A stretch of DNA of 39,177 nt from Octopus bimaculoides (lineage: Eukaryota): NCBI RefSeq assembly GCF_001194135.2, contig NC_068992.1:31913191-31952367 (forward strand). The letters run 5' to 3'. The notes beneath the pieces were generated by a model. It searched no databases. It had not been told where the DNA came from and saw nothing but the letters and a program-made list of their open reading frames with translations. Position 1 is the stretch's first letter, and every line of letters begins with the position of its first letter. This document shows, piece by piece, positions 36,990 to 39,177 of this stretch. Position numbers and translations under genes: made by a program.

Positions 36990-38041
36990 TTGTCTGAGGC
37001 ATTTCTTGTTGCCTCTCGTAGGATGGTTTTCGAAAGCAATATGTGCTACTCTTTCCCTATTGATCATTTACTCTTTTCAGCGAATCAGTCTTGGTTCTGA
37101 TATTTTGCTTATACGATGTCTTCGACTGCAGCAGATGTTATAGCTTCAGCAGAGTATTCCACACATTCGTTGAAGGGTTCTTATACTGCCTTTCCCTCAG
37201 AAGCTGGTTAAGCGCTTCTAGGAAAGCTTGAGATGTAACCGGGCAATTCAGTCATTCGGTCTGCGTTAGTCATAATTATGCGCTTTTGCGTAATAGGATA
37301 CCGAAGCAGTGGAGGGATGCAACGGATGAGAGGTTTAAGTTAAAGCCGGTGATCGCTCCAGCGATCATCAGCGCCCGGCAATCAAAACCTTGTCAGCACA
37401 TGATCCAGAATATGCCAGTGATTTGACCTCGGATATTGCTAAGTTATTTTGTGGCTGGTTGAATGATGTAAGAAAGTGTTCATAAGAGTCAGGTCGTTTT
37501 CCCCACAGAGTCCGAGAAGGAGGTGTCCATTGGTGTTGCAGTTTCCAATGCTATGTCTATACGGCATACATTGCCAGATCGACTAGGGTGATGAAATTGA
37601 CAAGAATAATCAGTTAATCATGGAACGGTTCTGATGGTAGCATTAACAGAGCTGTAGAAAACGTTTCTATTTTTGTCACCTGGGTCTAGGGTTAGAGATT
37701 GAGAGCAGAGTAAGTCAGCTCATGTGGTGAAGCTTGATCCGTATGAAAATCAGACGTCGTCTAACATCAGACGTTATCTTCTTCATATTGGGGTCAGGTT
37801 GTGCTTCTGACCAGTTCGGTTTTGATGGCAAGTCGGACGCTATGGATGCAAGGTACATTGAAATTGTTTTCGTGCCAAAACAACGTGTAGCCAGCTTCCT
37901 GAACGTTCGCATCACCAGACAAACGAGTTTCGCCCAGAGCATCTACATCATTGTTGAAACGGGAAAGTTCTTGGTAGACAAGTGCAGTTCAGTCTGTCAG
38001 ATAGGTACGGAATTTGTATGTCCATCAAAGTTCCCACATGC
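36990..38041 (-). mobile_element. RTE-clade LINE, apurinic-type endonuclease region (decayed)
   Basis: TALVYQELSRFNNDVDALGETRLSG...GYTLFW...LAIKTELV; IGNCNTNGHLLLGLC...LMNTF...HKIT*QYPRSNHWHILDHVLTR; WSDHRL. Confidence 0.88.
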
Positions 38042-38154
38042 ATATGCAGATGCACATAAATACAAATAGATAATTATACACACACACACGCACTCACACT
38101 CACATATGTATATATACATGCCCGTACATACATACATACATATATATATAGGAT

Positions 38155-38345
38155 ATATAGGGAGAATTCACAAAAAAAACAACAAAAGACGAGGACAGGA
38201 GGTGTAGACAACAAACAGATGTATTAGTATAACGCTCGGGAAGTGAAAAATGAAAAGAAGTCTTTAACGCTTCGAGCCTACGCACTTCCACAGAAAAGAA
38301 CACAGAAAGAAACAAGAGGAGAAAAAAAAGCATGTGTAGTGGCTA
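38155..38345 (-). repeat. Interspersed repeat with pLTR-like character and a degenerate hammerhead-like motif
   Basis: Minus strand 38298-38261 reads CUUUU-CUGUGGA-A-GUGC-GUAG-GCUC-GAAG-C-GUU-AAAGA. Confidence 0.45.
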
Positions 38346-39177
38346 GCGATCTATCTTCTAATTCTATCTATCACTCTCTTCTATCTTCTACCTTTTCAAA
38401 AACATTTTCCTCTCGTCCTGGTCTAACGGCCCTCCATGATTGTTTACGTTCAGTTTCTTGTATGATTCCACTGTCCTGTTTTTGCTCCCAACTTTGACCC
38501 TCCATAAATTCAAAATTTTTATTTGGGATTTATGGGAGCAACAGTCCTCGAAGTCTCATATTGTCGTAGAATGCTCGAAATGAGGAGTAGAGAGACAGAT
38601 GATAACTGATGAATGGTTGTTCTCGTGTTACTTGTCCTGCTTTCGATTTTTTCTCTAATTGTTTTCGCATTTGATTCGTTCGTATTCGTACTTCATATTG
38701 TTTACACAGTTGGTGACGTCCTGTACCCATATATGCATATATTTGCGTGTGTGTGTGTGTGTATACCGGTACGAATGATTTTATTAAGTGGTGTAGAGTC
38801 TTACAATTCTGATAATAAAACTAATGGTATTTTTAAATAAGCATAAGGCTTATAGCGATCACCGTGCAAATGACTACGGAAAATAGACAAATACTGGGGA
38901 ATATAAGCATTCGACAGAAACCAAAAATAGGCTTTCTTGTACGCGTGGGACGCAATGCCACATTCCTTTGTTAACGAGATTGTGTTAGCGATTTCACAGT
39001 CAGACAAGCCTCCTTCTTTCTCTCTAATTTAAGAACTATATTAGCTCGTAGCTGCTTTTGTAGACAAAGCTTGTGTGCTTTCGGTGAGAATGTTTCTGTG
39101 AAGCGGTGTCGAGTTTTACAATTCTTTAAATAATAATAATGGTTTCTTTAAATAATAATAATGGTATTTTTTTAAAT

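Noticed and set aside
38604-38650. CTGATGA as a hammerhead core
   Set aside because: No clear stem II followed by GAAA downstream.

Overview
Repeat-dense, AT-rich eukaryotic DNA, most likely an Octopus draft scaffold. The species call is an inference from recalled SINE families and the very high microsatellite load. There are eight N-gaps, and most large ones abut (TA)n or (AG)n runs. I can support no intact host gene, rRNA, true tRNA or CRISPR array, and nearly all long entries in the ORF track are microsatellite or N-run artefacts. The window is a graveyard of decayed mobile elements: two co-oriented clusters of R4/Dong-type LINEs sitting in (TAA)n arrays, an internally deleted Ty3/Gypsy element, an RTE LINE endonuclease fragment, at least four Penelope-like GIY-YIG fragments, a mariner 3' end, a Helitron-like 3' terminus and three tRNA-derived SINE families. 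Two things stand out. First, a Penelope-like element (31167-32432) whose direct and inverted pseudo-LTRs each carry a tRNA-like A/B-box module, an (AAT)n spacer and a minimal hammerhead-ribozyme fold. Second, three decayed paralogous coding-like segments (10.7-15.0 kb, one inverted) of a protein I cannot identify. All alignments and translations were done by eye, and boundaries are approximate.
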